NCBI GenBank assembly: GCA_040255465.1
Contig: JBDZVA010000002.1
Span: 346,373-410,372 of the forward strand
Direction: 5' to 3'
Length of the DNA: 64,000 bases
DNA from: Planctomycetaceae bacterium
Lineage (GTDB): Bacteria > Planctomycetota > Phycisphaerae > Phycisphaerales > UBA5793
Shown piece by piece: positions 19,181 through 27,215 of the stretch (positions are counted from its first letter, which is position 1; each line of letters starts with the position of its first letter). The translations under genes and the position numbers were made by a program. The notes beneath the pieces were generated by a model. The model saw only the letters and a program-made list of their open reading frames with translations. It had not been told where the DNA came from and made no database searches.

Positions 19181-19543
19181 ATGATTCCGCCTGAGATCCA
19201 AGGTGGCCCGCTTGACTTTCTAGATCCCATCGTTGTGGGAATGGGGCTGGGCTGGTACGCACCTCTGTTGTGGGGGCTCCTAGCCAACTTGATCGCGTTG
19301 GCTGGTCATTACCTTGTCGAACGAGAAATCGTTCCAAAGCTCTGCTTTTGGACGACTGCCGCAGTGCTAGGTCTGCTGACGATCCACTTCATCGAATTGT
19401 GGTTCCTCGTTCGTCATGCCATCTACGCAGACATTGATTTCGGCCCGCACTTTCTATTCGTCTATGCGGAGGGAGTGCTGTGTGCGCTTGCATGGAGCAT
19501 TCTGTTGATGGACAGCCCGAAGCTAGTCTCATGGGGTTCATAG
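19181..19543 (+). CDS. Hypothetical small membrane protein (REP-bracketed)
   Basis: ATG at 19181 is preceded by GGAGGA (19173-19178). Hydrophobic helices (PIVVGMGLGWYAPLLWGLLANLIALAG; FWTTAAVLGLLTIHFIELWFLV; VLCALAWSILLM). Composition is visibly lower in G+C. The listed ORF 18923..19543 extends upstream across the REP and is probably too long. Confidence 0.55.
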   Translation: MIPPEIQGGPLDFLDPIVVGMGLGWYAPLLWGLLANLIALAGHYLVEREIVPKLCFWTTAAVLGLLTIHFIELWFLVRHAIYADIDFGPHFLFVYAEGVLCALAWSILLMDSPKLVSWGS

Positions 19544-19557
19544 CAAGCCGGTAGTTC

Positions 19558-19581
19558 GTAGGGTCCGCCGTGCGGACCACG
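19558..19581 (+). repeat. REP family 1 hairpin
   Basis: An identical 24-mer GTAGGGTCCGCCGTGCGGACCACG, 15 nt after the small ORF stop and 75 nt from the RAYT 3' end. Confidence 0.75.
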
Positions 19582-19655
19582 AACGTGCAACCACGCCCAT
19601 CGGTGCTAATGCCCTGTAACATGAAATCCACCACGCGGGTCATTCGACCGCGTCC

Positions 19656-20231
19656 CTACTCCGGTGCGGTATCGAGTGCTCGCACGTGCTCTGGAACTCC
19701 AACCCTCTTGTTACCGCATCGACAGCACCAGTCCTGTTGGTACGAACCGCGCGCCGCAAAGCGATGGAACGTCGAATGCGGCCACAAATGCGGACACTGC
19801 ACGAGCCCATGTTTGACAGGGTTGAAATGGATGTAGTCGAGATGAGCGGTGAGGTCATCCTCGTCTCGGATGGAGTGCTCCCAGAAACGACGTTGCCAGA
19901 CGCCGAGGCGGCGATGTCGCAATTGCGAAACGCTTGGTCGCGTTTGTCGCTCACCGATGGCGACCCACGATTGCGAGAACGTTCGCTTGATGTAGCTCCA
20001 TCGCTTCGAGTAATCAGCGTCTCCGGCCGGTAGCGTCCAGATCGTGTGAAGGTGATCGGGCAGAAGAACCATGGCCACGATTGTGAATGGCCAACGCTGC
20101 CTGCACTCAGAGATCGATTGTCGAAGCAGCCGACGCGCAGAGTGTCCAACCAGAACTGCTCGCCGGCGCGCGGTTACGACAGTAAAGAAATACATACCGC
20201 CCGCGAAACGTGCTCGTCGATAGTTCGGCAT
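19656..20231 (-). CDS. REP-associated tyrosine transposase (RAYT, IS200/IS605 TnpA-like Y1 HUH enzyme)
   Basis: From MPNYRRARFAGGMYFFTVVT. HUH motif in LLPDHLHTIW and catalytic Tyr region YIHFNPVKHGLV, the typical RAYT layout of about 190 aa. The listed ORF extends to 20477, but that extension only translates the REP and its flank. Confidence 0.85.
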   Translation of the reverse strand: MPNYRRARFAGGMYFFTVVTARRRAVLVGHSARRLLRQSISECRQRWPFTIVAMVLLPDHLHTIWTLPAGDADYSKRWSYIKRTFSQSWVAIGERQTRPSVSQLRHRRLGVWQRRFWEHSIRDEDDLTAHLDYIHFNPVKHGLVQCPHLWPHSTFHRFAARGSYQQDWCCRCGNKRVGVPEHVRALDTAPE

Positions 20232-20300
20232 GCCTTCGCATGGTAGTCCGGCAATTTCGCAGGCCGGCCGTCTGCTGACACCGCGCCCGTTTTGCCCACC

Positions 20301-20324
20301 CGTGGTCCGCACGGCGGACCCTAC
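20301..20324 (-). repeat. REP family 1 hairpin (inverted copy)
   Basis: CGTGGTCCGCACGGCGGACCCTAC is the exact reverse complement of the 24-mer. It lies 70 nt upstream of the RAYT start. Confidence 0.75.
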
Positions 20325-20504
20325 GCTGACCGCACTTTCCCCGTGAACAACGGTCTCAAACCCGGCTCCGCGGTCAAGCGACGCTCCCGGAGCACGGTGC
20401 CCGGCGTTGTGACTCGAATCTAATCTAACAAATGGTACGATCAACCACGGCCGCTCCCCGGCGCGGCGGCCACCCAACCGCCAGCCAGCAAGGAGATCCG
20501 ACCC

Positions 20505-20720
20505 ATGAACACATTCGGCCTCGTCTTCATCGTCGTCGGCATCTTCTCAATCTGCGGCGCTGCATTCAACTGGGACTGGTTCATCAACCACTACAAGGCC
20601 CGGATGTTTGTCGCACTGCTCGGCCGAACCGGCGCGCGAATCTTCTATGGCATCCTCGGCGCGGCGCTCAGCATCCTCGGCGCCCTCGTCTCAATGGGCC
20701 TCGTGTTTGAACAGGTGTGA
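20505..20720 (+). CDS. Hypothetical two-helix small membrane protein
   Basis: AGGAG lies about 9 nt upstream of the ATG. The 71-aa product has two strong hydrophobic helices (FGLVFIVVGIFSICGAAF; IFYGILGAALSILGALVSMGLVF). Confidence 0.6.
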   Translation: MNTFGLVFIVVGIFSICGAAFNWDWFINHYKARMFVALLGRTGARIFYGILGAALSILGALVSMGLVFEQV

Positions 20721-21149
20721 CTCGCCTTGATTGGAATGCTGGTCGCGATTCCCGCTTCCGCTTCGATCCCGCAAATCTCATACACAGGCATCGCGCGCCT
20801 CATTCGCAGAGTCGCCTAGCGACATGACGTTGAGCGCCCTGCCCAGAGTCTGGGCGCTCTGCCCGATCGGCCTCCGGGCGATCACAGCCGCCGCCCGCCG
20901 TCTCCACCCACCTCGCTGCCAATCACCATCTCAGGGAAGCCACCCTGTTTGTGCCAGCAATCCTCGCGGCATTTTGGCGCGATTCCTCTCCAGTGTACAA
21001 TTCACAGATCCCCGCGCCTCCTTATCCCGACCAGCCCGGACGCTGGTGCACCGGCCATCGAATCGACATGGCAATTCCGCGACGGGGGACCATCCTTTCG
21101 CATCCGATCCCTCGGCGGCCACCTCAGGGAGCATCAAGTGTTGACTCCA

Positions 21150-22631
21150 ATGACTACGGTGCGTGACCGGTTTATCGGTACGTCGACCAAGCCCATGTTT
21201 CTCGCGGCTCTGCTGCTCACTGGTGCAACCCAGGCGGCCCCGCCGTGCGGTGACTGGGAACTGACTGCCACTCCCAACGTTGGCGACAGCGTCACCCGGC
21301 TGACCGCCGTCACCGCGCTCTCCCCCAGCGATGCCTGGGCGGTCGGACTCTGGCGCAACACATCCGGTGTCTTCGGCCCGCTGGCCATGCGCTGGAACGG
21401 GACGACGTGGAGCCTGAAGGACCTGCCCGATACCTCCCAACTGGGAGCGCAGCCCGAGACGAACGGTGTTGAGGCAGCTTCCAACGGCGATGTCTGGGTC
21501 GTCGGCAAAGTCTTCACCGGGTATCCAACCGACCAACTCCCCCTCCTCCTTCGCTGGCGAGGCAACAGCTGGGACTACGTCAACACCATGACGCTGCGCC
21601 CTCAGACGGTGTACCCCTTCGGCCCCCGCGGCGGCATCCTCTACGAAGTCGATGCACTCGCCCCCAATGACATCTGGGCCGTGGGACTGGCCTCCGGCTA
21701 CGGCGACGGGGGAGCAACAACCGTGCCCCTCGCCGCACATTGGAACGGCTCCACGTGGACCGATGTGGAAGTGCCGCGCATCGCGAACCGACATCACGAG
21801 TTGAGCGATCTCGTCGCGATCTCGCCCGATGACGTCTGGGCGGTGGGGGATTATCGAAATGTCGCCGGGGCCTTTCATGGAGTCACGTATCACTGGGACG
21901 GTAGTTCGTGGTCCCATGTCGACAGTCCGATCGAGCAGATGATCGGAGACACCGGCCTGGACGATGTCGCGGCCGCCGGACCCGATGATGTGTGGGCCCT
22001 GGGCGGAGGAAGCCAGGAGGGCGTTGTCCTGATGCACTGGAACGGCTCGCGGTGGAGCCTCATGCCGCCACCACCCAACTCCGGCGGCTCGATTGCCGCC
22101 GTCGGTCCCAATGACCTCTGGGTGTCAGGCTGGAATGGCTACTGGCACTGGGATGGCAACAGTTGGACCGAAGTACCGGCCGAGGTCCCGGGCGCGACTT
22201 ACGTTATCCGCAGCGGCGGCATGGAGATCCTCGGAGAGTGCAGCCTCTGGTGCGTGGGTTTCTGGACCCTGCCAGACGGCACCACCAGCTTCAGCCTGGC
22301 GGAAAAACTGGCGCCTGCCAATTCGCTGCGCCTGCAGGCTTCGCGCTGGGTCGAAGGATCGCTTGGCGATGCCGAGGTGTTCGGAGCAACGCCGGGTCAG
22401 TCCGTCGCGTTCATCTACAGCAAACGTGGATTGGGCAGGACGTACCTCCGGCAGTTGGATGTGACGATCGATCTGTCCAATCCGCTGCTGGCGGGCACCA
22501 GAAGAGCAGACCCGACTGGCCATGCACTCTTCCGCACGCGGGTTCCCTTGGGTACGCGGGGAAGACACGTCTGGATGCAGGCCGCGGAGTTCCGCCGCAC
22601 GAGCAATGTCGTCGAGCAGGTCATCGAGTAA
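21150..22631 (+). CDS. Secreted six-repeat beta-propeller-like protein
   Basis: Signal-like N-terminus (MFLAALLLTGATQA). Six repeats share the pattern D(A/V/I/L)W(A/V)(V/L/S)G ... (R/H)W(N/D/R)G(T/S/N)xW(S/T/D): DAWAVG..RWNGTTWS, DVWVVG..RWRGNSWD, DIWAVG..HWNGSTWT, DVWAVG..HWDGSSWS, DVWALG..HWNGSRWS, DLWVSG..HWDGNSWT. The start is chosen at 21150; the ORF is open from 20949. Confidence 0.7.
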   Translation: MTTVRDRFIGTSTKPMFLAALLLTGATQAAPPCGDWELTATPNVGDSVTRLTAVTALSPSDAWAVGLWRNTSGVFGPLAMRWNGTTWSLKDLPDTSQLGAQPETNGVEAASNGDVWVVGKVFTGYPTDQLPLLLRWRGNSWDYVNTMTLRPQTVYPFGPRGGILYEVDALAPNDIWAVGLASGYGDGGATTVPLAAHWNGSTWTDVEVPRIANRHHELSDLVAISPDDVWAVGDYRNVAGAFHGVTYHWDGSSWSHVDSPIEQMIGDTGLDDVAAAGPDDVWALGGGSQEGVVLMHWNGSRWSLMPPPPNSGGSIAAVGPNDLWVSGWNGYWHWDGNSWTEVPAEVPGATYVIRSGGMEILGECSLWCVGFWTLPDGTTSFSLAEKLAPANSLRLQASRWVEGSLGDAEVFGATPGQSVAFIYSKRGLGRTYLRQLDVTIDLSNPLLAGTRRADPTGHALFRTRVPLGTRGRHVWMQAAEFRRTSNVVEQVIE

Positions 22632-23354
22632 TCTCCAACTCATCAATGCGCCGGCGCGAGACGCACGATGCGGCGGGAATCCGCACGATACCTGCTGTAG
22701 ATCAAGCACGCAACGCCTGTCGCCATCGACGCGGTGTCGAGACGGGTGGGCTGCGCCGATTAATTGTCTATCTCCCGCATTTCCATCCAATCCCATGCGT
22801 TTCCTCGTGCTTTCTCCGTGTTCTCTGCGACTCTGTGGTGAATCTCTTCTTCGATTCGCACAACCGCGCACCCTCTCAATCGCATCCCGTGCGCCGACTT
22901 TTTGAAAACGCAAAAAAGTTGAGCAAAACTCAGAATCACCCCCCTCAGAAAAATGAAAATCGACGAAAATTCCTGATTCGTCCCGCACAGAGGCGCTCAT
23001 TCACACAAACGCGCGCCGCAGCGCACCACGGCGCTCGAAAATCGCGCACAGAAGCGCTCCGGCGCGCATGAAAAGTTCCCGACCTGGTGCGCCTTCGTGT
23101 TGGCACGCAAATTGCGTTGCACATTTTTCATCGAACCGCGTTCCCGCCGCGCCACGCGGCACAAATCTTGCACAGCTGCCCTCAACTCACTCCGGCGTCG
23201 CGCGAGCACAACGCGGTTTTGCGTCATTGCCGGCGGTCGCCGCGCACAGCCATGCACGAATCAGGTTAATGGTGGACCCCTGTTTTTGCCGTGCCCGGCA
23301 TAGGATTGAACACCCGGTGGCCGCTGGCGCCATCGCCTCTGCGAGGACCGCATC

Positions 23355-24626
23355 ATGCTCTGGCAACCCGCTCTGCCCCTCAAGTACCTCGAATTGTCCG
23401 ACGACCAGCTCGCCGAGGCGATTCGCGCCCGCCGGGCTGAACTGGGTGACAAAGTCGTCATCCTCGGCCACCACTACCAGCAGGACGAGGTCGTCCAGCA
23501 CGCCGACTTCCTCGGCGACTCGTTCAAACTCTCCCAACTCGCCGCCGAAAAGGTCAAAGAAGTCGGGGCGAAGTACGTTGTCTTCTGCGGCGTCCACTTC
23601 ATGGCCGAGAGCGCCGACATCCTCACCCCCGATGATGTCGTCGTCATCCTCCCCGATCTCTCGGCCGGTTGCTCGATGGCGGACATGGCCGACTACGACC
23701 AGACCGTCCAGGCGTGGGCCGAGATTCACGAAGCACTCGACGAGACCAAGGGATCGGCGACGCGCGTTATCCCCATCACCTACATGAACAGCACCGCCGC
23801 CATCAAGGCCTTCGTCGGCGAGCACGGCGGGGCGGTCTGCACGAGCAGCAACGCCGGCCGCGTCTTCGAGTGGGCCCTCAGAGGTGGCGACAAGCCGCTC
23901 AAGAAGGGCGAGGTGGTGAAGATCCTCTTCCTGCCCGACCAGCACCTCGGCCGCAACACCGCCAAGGCCGCGGGCTTCGTGACCGAAGTGGATGCCGCGG
24001 CGACCGGCAGGAAGCCGCAGACCGCGCTGTGGGATTCCAAGCAGGAGTCGGGCGGCCTGTCGGCCCAGGCGATTCGCGATGCGACCATCCTGCTGTGGAA
24101 GGGGCATTGCAGCGTTCACAAACTCTACCGCCCCGAGCACGTGCCCGAGATGCGAAAGAAGCACAAGGGCGTGACGGTGCTCGTCCACCCCGAAGTGTGC
24201 CAGGAGGTGGTCGATCTCGCGGACCTGTCAGGTTCGACGGAGTTCATCATCAAGACCATCGACGCAGCCGAGAAGGGCAGCAAGTGGGCCGTGGCGACGG
24301 AGACGCATCTCGTCAACCGCATCGCCCAGACCGCGAAGAAGCGGGGCGTTCACGTCGAAATGCTCAGCGGCTGTCAGTGCCTGTGCACGACGATGTATCG
24401 CATCGATCAGCAGCACCTGCTCTGGGTGCTCGACAATCTCGCCGAGGGCAAGGTCGTGAATCAGATCAAGGTTCATGCCGACGCGAAGAAGTGGGCGATG
24501 GTCGCGCTGAATCGCATGCTGGATCTCCTCGGGCAGGGATCAGTGAAAGCCGCGAAGAGCGAGTCTTCGAAACCGCGCCGCGGATCGAAGCGCAGCGCGA
24601 AAGCAGAGATGACACTGACGGATTGA
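23355..24626 (+). CDS. nadA: Quinolinate synthase (long form)
   Basis: ILGHHYQ, VVFCGVHFMAESA and other collinear NadA segments, with conserved Cys positions (LSAGCSMAD, KGHCSVH, GCQCLCTTM) for the 4Fe-4S cluster. Confidence 0.9.
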   Translation: MLWQPALPLKYLELSDDQLAEAIRARRAELGDKVVILGHHYQQDEVVQHADFLGDSFKLSQLAAEKVKEVGAKYVVFCGVHFMAESADILTPDDVVVILPDLSAGCSMADMADYDQTVQAWAEIHEALDETKGSATRVIPITYMNSTAAIKAFVGEHGGAVCTSSNAGRVFEWALRGGDKPLKKGEVVKILFLPDQHLGRNTAKAAGFVTEVDAAATGRKPQTALWDSKQESGGLSAQAIRDATILLWKGHCSVHKLYRPEHVPEMRKKHKGVTVLVHPEVCQEVVDLADLSGSTEFIIKTIDAAEKGSKWAVATETHLVNRIAQTAKKRGVHVEMLSGCQCLCTTMYRIDQQHLLWVLDNLAEGKVVNQIKVHADAKKWAMVALNRMLDLLGQGSVKAAKSESSKPRRGSKRSAKAEMTLTD

Positions 24627-24646
24627 TGGTCTGGTTGATTGGGGTG

Positions 24647-24746
24647 CCACACAGCACTTCGCTTCGAATGCGGTGTGCAGACGAGCAAGTGCTGTCATCT
24701 TGTCTTGCACATCCGGCACACAGCACCCGAGGCGGGATGCGGTGTG
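24647..24746 (+). repeat. Two tandem related hairpins in the nadA-fpg spacer
   Basis: 24647-24677 reads CCACACAGCAC-N12-GCGGTGTG and 24716-24746 reads GCACACAGCAC-N12-GCGGTGTG. The outer arms GGGTGCCACAC (24642-24652) and GTGTGGCACCC (24742-24752) are also complementary. Confidence 0.4.
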
Positions 24747-24779
24747 GCACCCAGACCTTGACATGTTCACTGCGATCAA

Positions 24780-25688
24780 ATGCCCGAACTGCCTGACATC
24801 CTCGTCTACCTCGATGCGCTGCGGCATCACGTCGTTGGCAAGCGACTGAACGATGTGGTTGTTCGTGGGCCCGCTCTGCTTCGGTCGGTCGATCCGCCAC
24901 TTGATGCCTTTGATGCCCATGTTCTGACCGTTGTCTCGCGCATCGGCAAACGCATCGTGCTCCATTTCGATTCCGGCGCAGCGCTTGTCATTCACCTGAT
25001 GATTGCCGGTCGCCTGCTCTGGAGAGATGAACGTGTGAGGCCGACCGGGCGCAATGACCTTGCGGCGTTCCGATTCGAGAATGGCACACTGATGCTCACT
25101 GAAGCCGGAACCAAGCACCGCGCGACGCTCACTGCGGTTGGCAGCACAGCAGAACTTGCCCGGATCAATCGCGGTGGCCTCGACCTTCTCACCTGCACGC
25201 GCGACGAGTTGACCACACGATTGCACGGTGAGAATCGCACACTGAAGCGAGCCTTGACTGACCCGCGCATCATCGATGGCGTTGGCAATTCGTACTCAGA
25301 CGAGATCCTTCATGCAGCTCAGCTCTCGCCATTCGTTCGCACCGCCGATATGAGTGAAGCACAGATCGCCGCACTGCACGAGGCGGCGCTGAGCACACTC
25401 AATCACTGGTCGAAAGCGTTGCACGATCAGTTCGACGGCGGCCGAAAGTTCCCCGGTCGCGGCCAGATCACTGCGTTCCGCAACGGCTTTGCCGTACACG
25501 GCCGCTTCAACAAACCGTGTCCGCGCTGCGGCTGCCCGGTTCAGCGTGTCGTCTATGCCGAGAATGAGATGAACTACTGCGCCAAGTGTCAGACGAACGG
25601 CAAGGTCCTGGCCGACCGCTCGCTCTCGCGACTGCTCCGCGACGACTGGCCCAGGTCGATTGAAGAACTCGAAGAGCAGAGTGAGTAA
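24780..25688 (+). CDS. Fpg/Nei-family DNA glycosylase/AP lyase
   Basis: N-terminal MPELPD (catalytic Pro2/Glu3), a central H2TH-like region (GNSYSDEILHAAQLSP) and a C-terminal zinc finger CPRCGCPV...YCAKCQ. Confidence 0.85.
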   Translation: MPELPDILVYLDALRHHVVGKRLNDVVVRGPALLRSVDPPLDAFDAHVLTVVSRIGKRIVLHFDSGAALVIHLMIAGRLLWRDERVRPTGRNDLAAFRFENGTLMLTEAGTKHRATLTAVGSTAELARINRGGLDLLTCTRDELTTRLHGENRTLKRALTDPRIIDGVGNSYSDEILHAAQLSPFVRTADMSEAQIAALHEAALSTLNHWSKALHDQFDGGRKFPGRGQITAFRNGFAVHGRFNKPCPRCGCPVQRVVYAENEMNYCAKCQTNGKVLADRSLSRLLRDDWPRSIEELEEQSE

Positions 25689-25716
25689 GCAGCCACGCTG
25701 AACGATACGATGTCGC

Positions 25717-26454
25717 GTGATGAACCTCGCAACCAGTTTCGATCTCGACGGCTTCGAGTCCGGCTCGACAGTTCATCTCATGGCTGCGGGGGTCTGTCTG
25801 CTTGCGACGCTGGCGTCGAGTTGGCTCGGTCTGCGGTGGCGGCAGCGGCGGCCGAGGTTCGAACGTCAACTCCGCCTCAGTTGGACGGTGTTTATCATCG
25901 TCACGCAACTGTTCACGACGATTTGGTGGCTGCTGCCGCAGAACTTCAGTTGGCGTGTCAGCCTGCCGCTGCACATCTGCGATATCGTGGCGGTGCTCGC
26001 GGCCGTCGCGTTGCTGGCGACGACGCGATGGGTGTGGTCGGTGCTTTACTTCTGGGGCATCGGGCTGAGCATCTTCGCCTTCATCATGCCCTCACTGACG
26101 CATGGTCCAGGTCACGTCGAGTTCTACCTCTTCTGGCTGACGCATCTCCAGATCATCGGCACCACGGCCTACCTTGTCACCGTGATGCGCTACCGGCCCA
26201 CCACACACGACTGGATGATCGCCGAGTTGCTCATCACGCTCTACACGATTGCGATCTTTCCGCTCGATGCGGCGTTCGATCTGAACTACGGCTACATTGG
26301 GCCGATTGACTCGCCGGCGCGGATCGTCGGCGCCTGGCCGGGACGCGTGCTGAATATGTATCTCATGCAGTTCGTGCTGTTTGGGGTACTGCTATTGCCG
26401 TGGCTGCTGACGCGACGCCGGAGTGCTGTCCAAGTCGCGGGCCGATCGAATTGA
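25717..26454 (+). CDS. Integral membrane protein, YwaF/TIGR02206-like
   Basis: A polytopic hydrophobic protein. The LPLHICDI motif in the third helix and the overall size resemble the YwaF family. The assignment is from memory of the motif only. Confidence 0.55.
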   Translation: MMNLATSFDLDGFESGSTVHLMAAGVCLLATLASSWLGLRWRQRRPRFERQLRLSWTVFIIVTQLFTTIWWLLPQNFSWRVSLPLHICDIVAVLAAVALLATTRWVWSVLYFWGIGLSIFAFIMPSLTHGPGHVEFYLFWLTHLQIIGTTAYLVTVMRYRPTTHDWMIAELLITLYTIAIFPLDAAFDLNYGYIGPIDSPARIVGAWPGRVLNMYLMQFVLFGVLLLPWLLTRRRSAVQVAGRSN

Positions 26455-26523
26455 AAGAGAAGATGGACCGCCGCGGGTGCGACGGTCCATCGTGATGAGG
26501 CACATGAGTGACGTCCTGCGAGC

Positions 26524-27012
26524 TTACTCGTCGCAGCCGGCGCCGCTGAAGGCAGCCTCGGCGGCCTTAGCCATCTCTTCGGGCGTCATGTCCTTGAGGT
26601 GGGTGCAGAAGGCCCAGGCGTGGCCGAAGGGATCGTTGAGCGTGCCGTAGCGATCGCCCCAGAACATGTCGGCCGCGGGCATGGTCACGGTCGCACCCGC
26701 CTTGGCGGCGCGATCGATCGCGGCATCGCAGTTGCGAACGTACTGGGTGAGTGTGACGGGCGAGGCGCCGAGTGCATTGGGATTGCGCGCCTTGCCGCCG
26801 CAGTATTCGGGGAAGTCGTCAGCGAGGAAGACCGTCGTCGAGCCGATCTTAATTTCCGCGTGCATGAGTCGGCCGTCGGGAGCCGGCATGCGGCAAACTT
26901 CCTCGGCGCCGAATGCCTTCTTGTAGAATTCGATGGCCTTGGCGCAGTCATCGACGACGAGATGGGCGATGACGCCCTCGAGCCCTTCGGGGATGGGATT
27001 GACGTTGCTCAT
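26524..27012 (-). CDS. VOC (glyoxalase/PhnB-like) family protein
   Basis: From MSNVNPIPEG, with AGGAG upstream. HAEIKIGSTTVFLAD and MFWGDRYGTLNDPFGHAWAF are typical of the PhnB-type VOC fold. Confidence 0.8.
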   Translation of the reverse strand: MSNVNPIPEGLEGVIAHLVVDDCAKAIEFYKKAFGAEEVCRMPAPDGRLMHAEIKIGSTTVFLADDFPEYCGGKARNPNALGASPVTLTQYVRNCDAAIDRAAKAGATVTMPAADMFWGDRYGTLNDPFGHAWAFCTHLKDMTPEEMAKAAEAAFSGAGCDE

Positions 27013-27215
27013 TCTCAAACTCCTTGCTGTCTTGAATGGATGCCGATCATGCATGACGTGATCTATCCCACCACGGTCAGATCACACGCCACCACCGGCG
27101 CGATGATACCGACAGTGCGACCGCGCGGTGCGGGAAAAGTTCGGTTTTTGCAGCAGATTACGAACCTGTAAACTTTACAAGCCTGTATACAAACCCTCGG
27201 GCCGCTGCGAGCGGC

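Larger units (their letters stand above)
19558..20324 (-). mobile_element. REP-RAYT-REP unit (REPtron-like)
   Basis: A Y1 transposase-like gene flanked on both sides by the same 24-nt GTAGG hairpin in mutually inverted orientation. Confidence 0.7.

Noticed and set aside
22125-23071. ORFs of 291 aa (-) and 302 aa (+) spanning the propeller-nadA spacer.
   Set aside because: Both have low-complexity Arg/Ser/Pro-rich products, overlap the end of the propeller gene, and show no start context or motif. I treat the region as non-coding (see finding).
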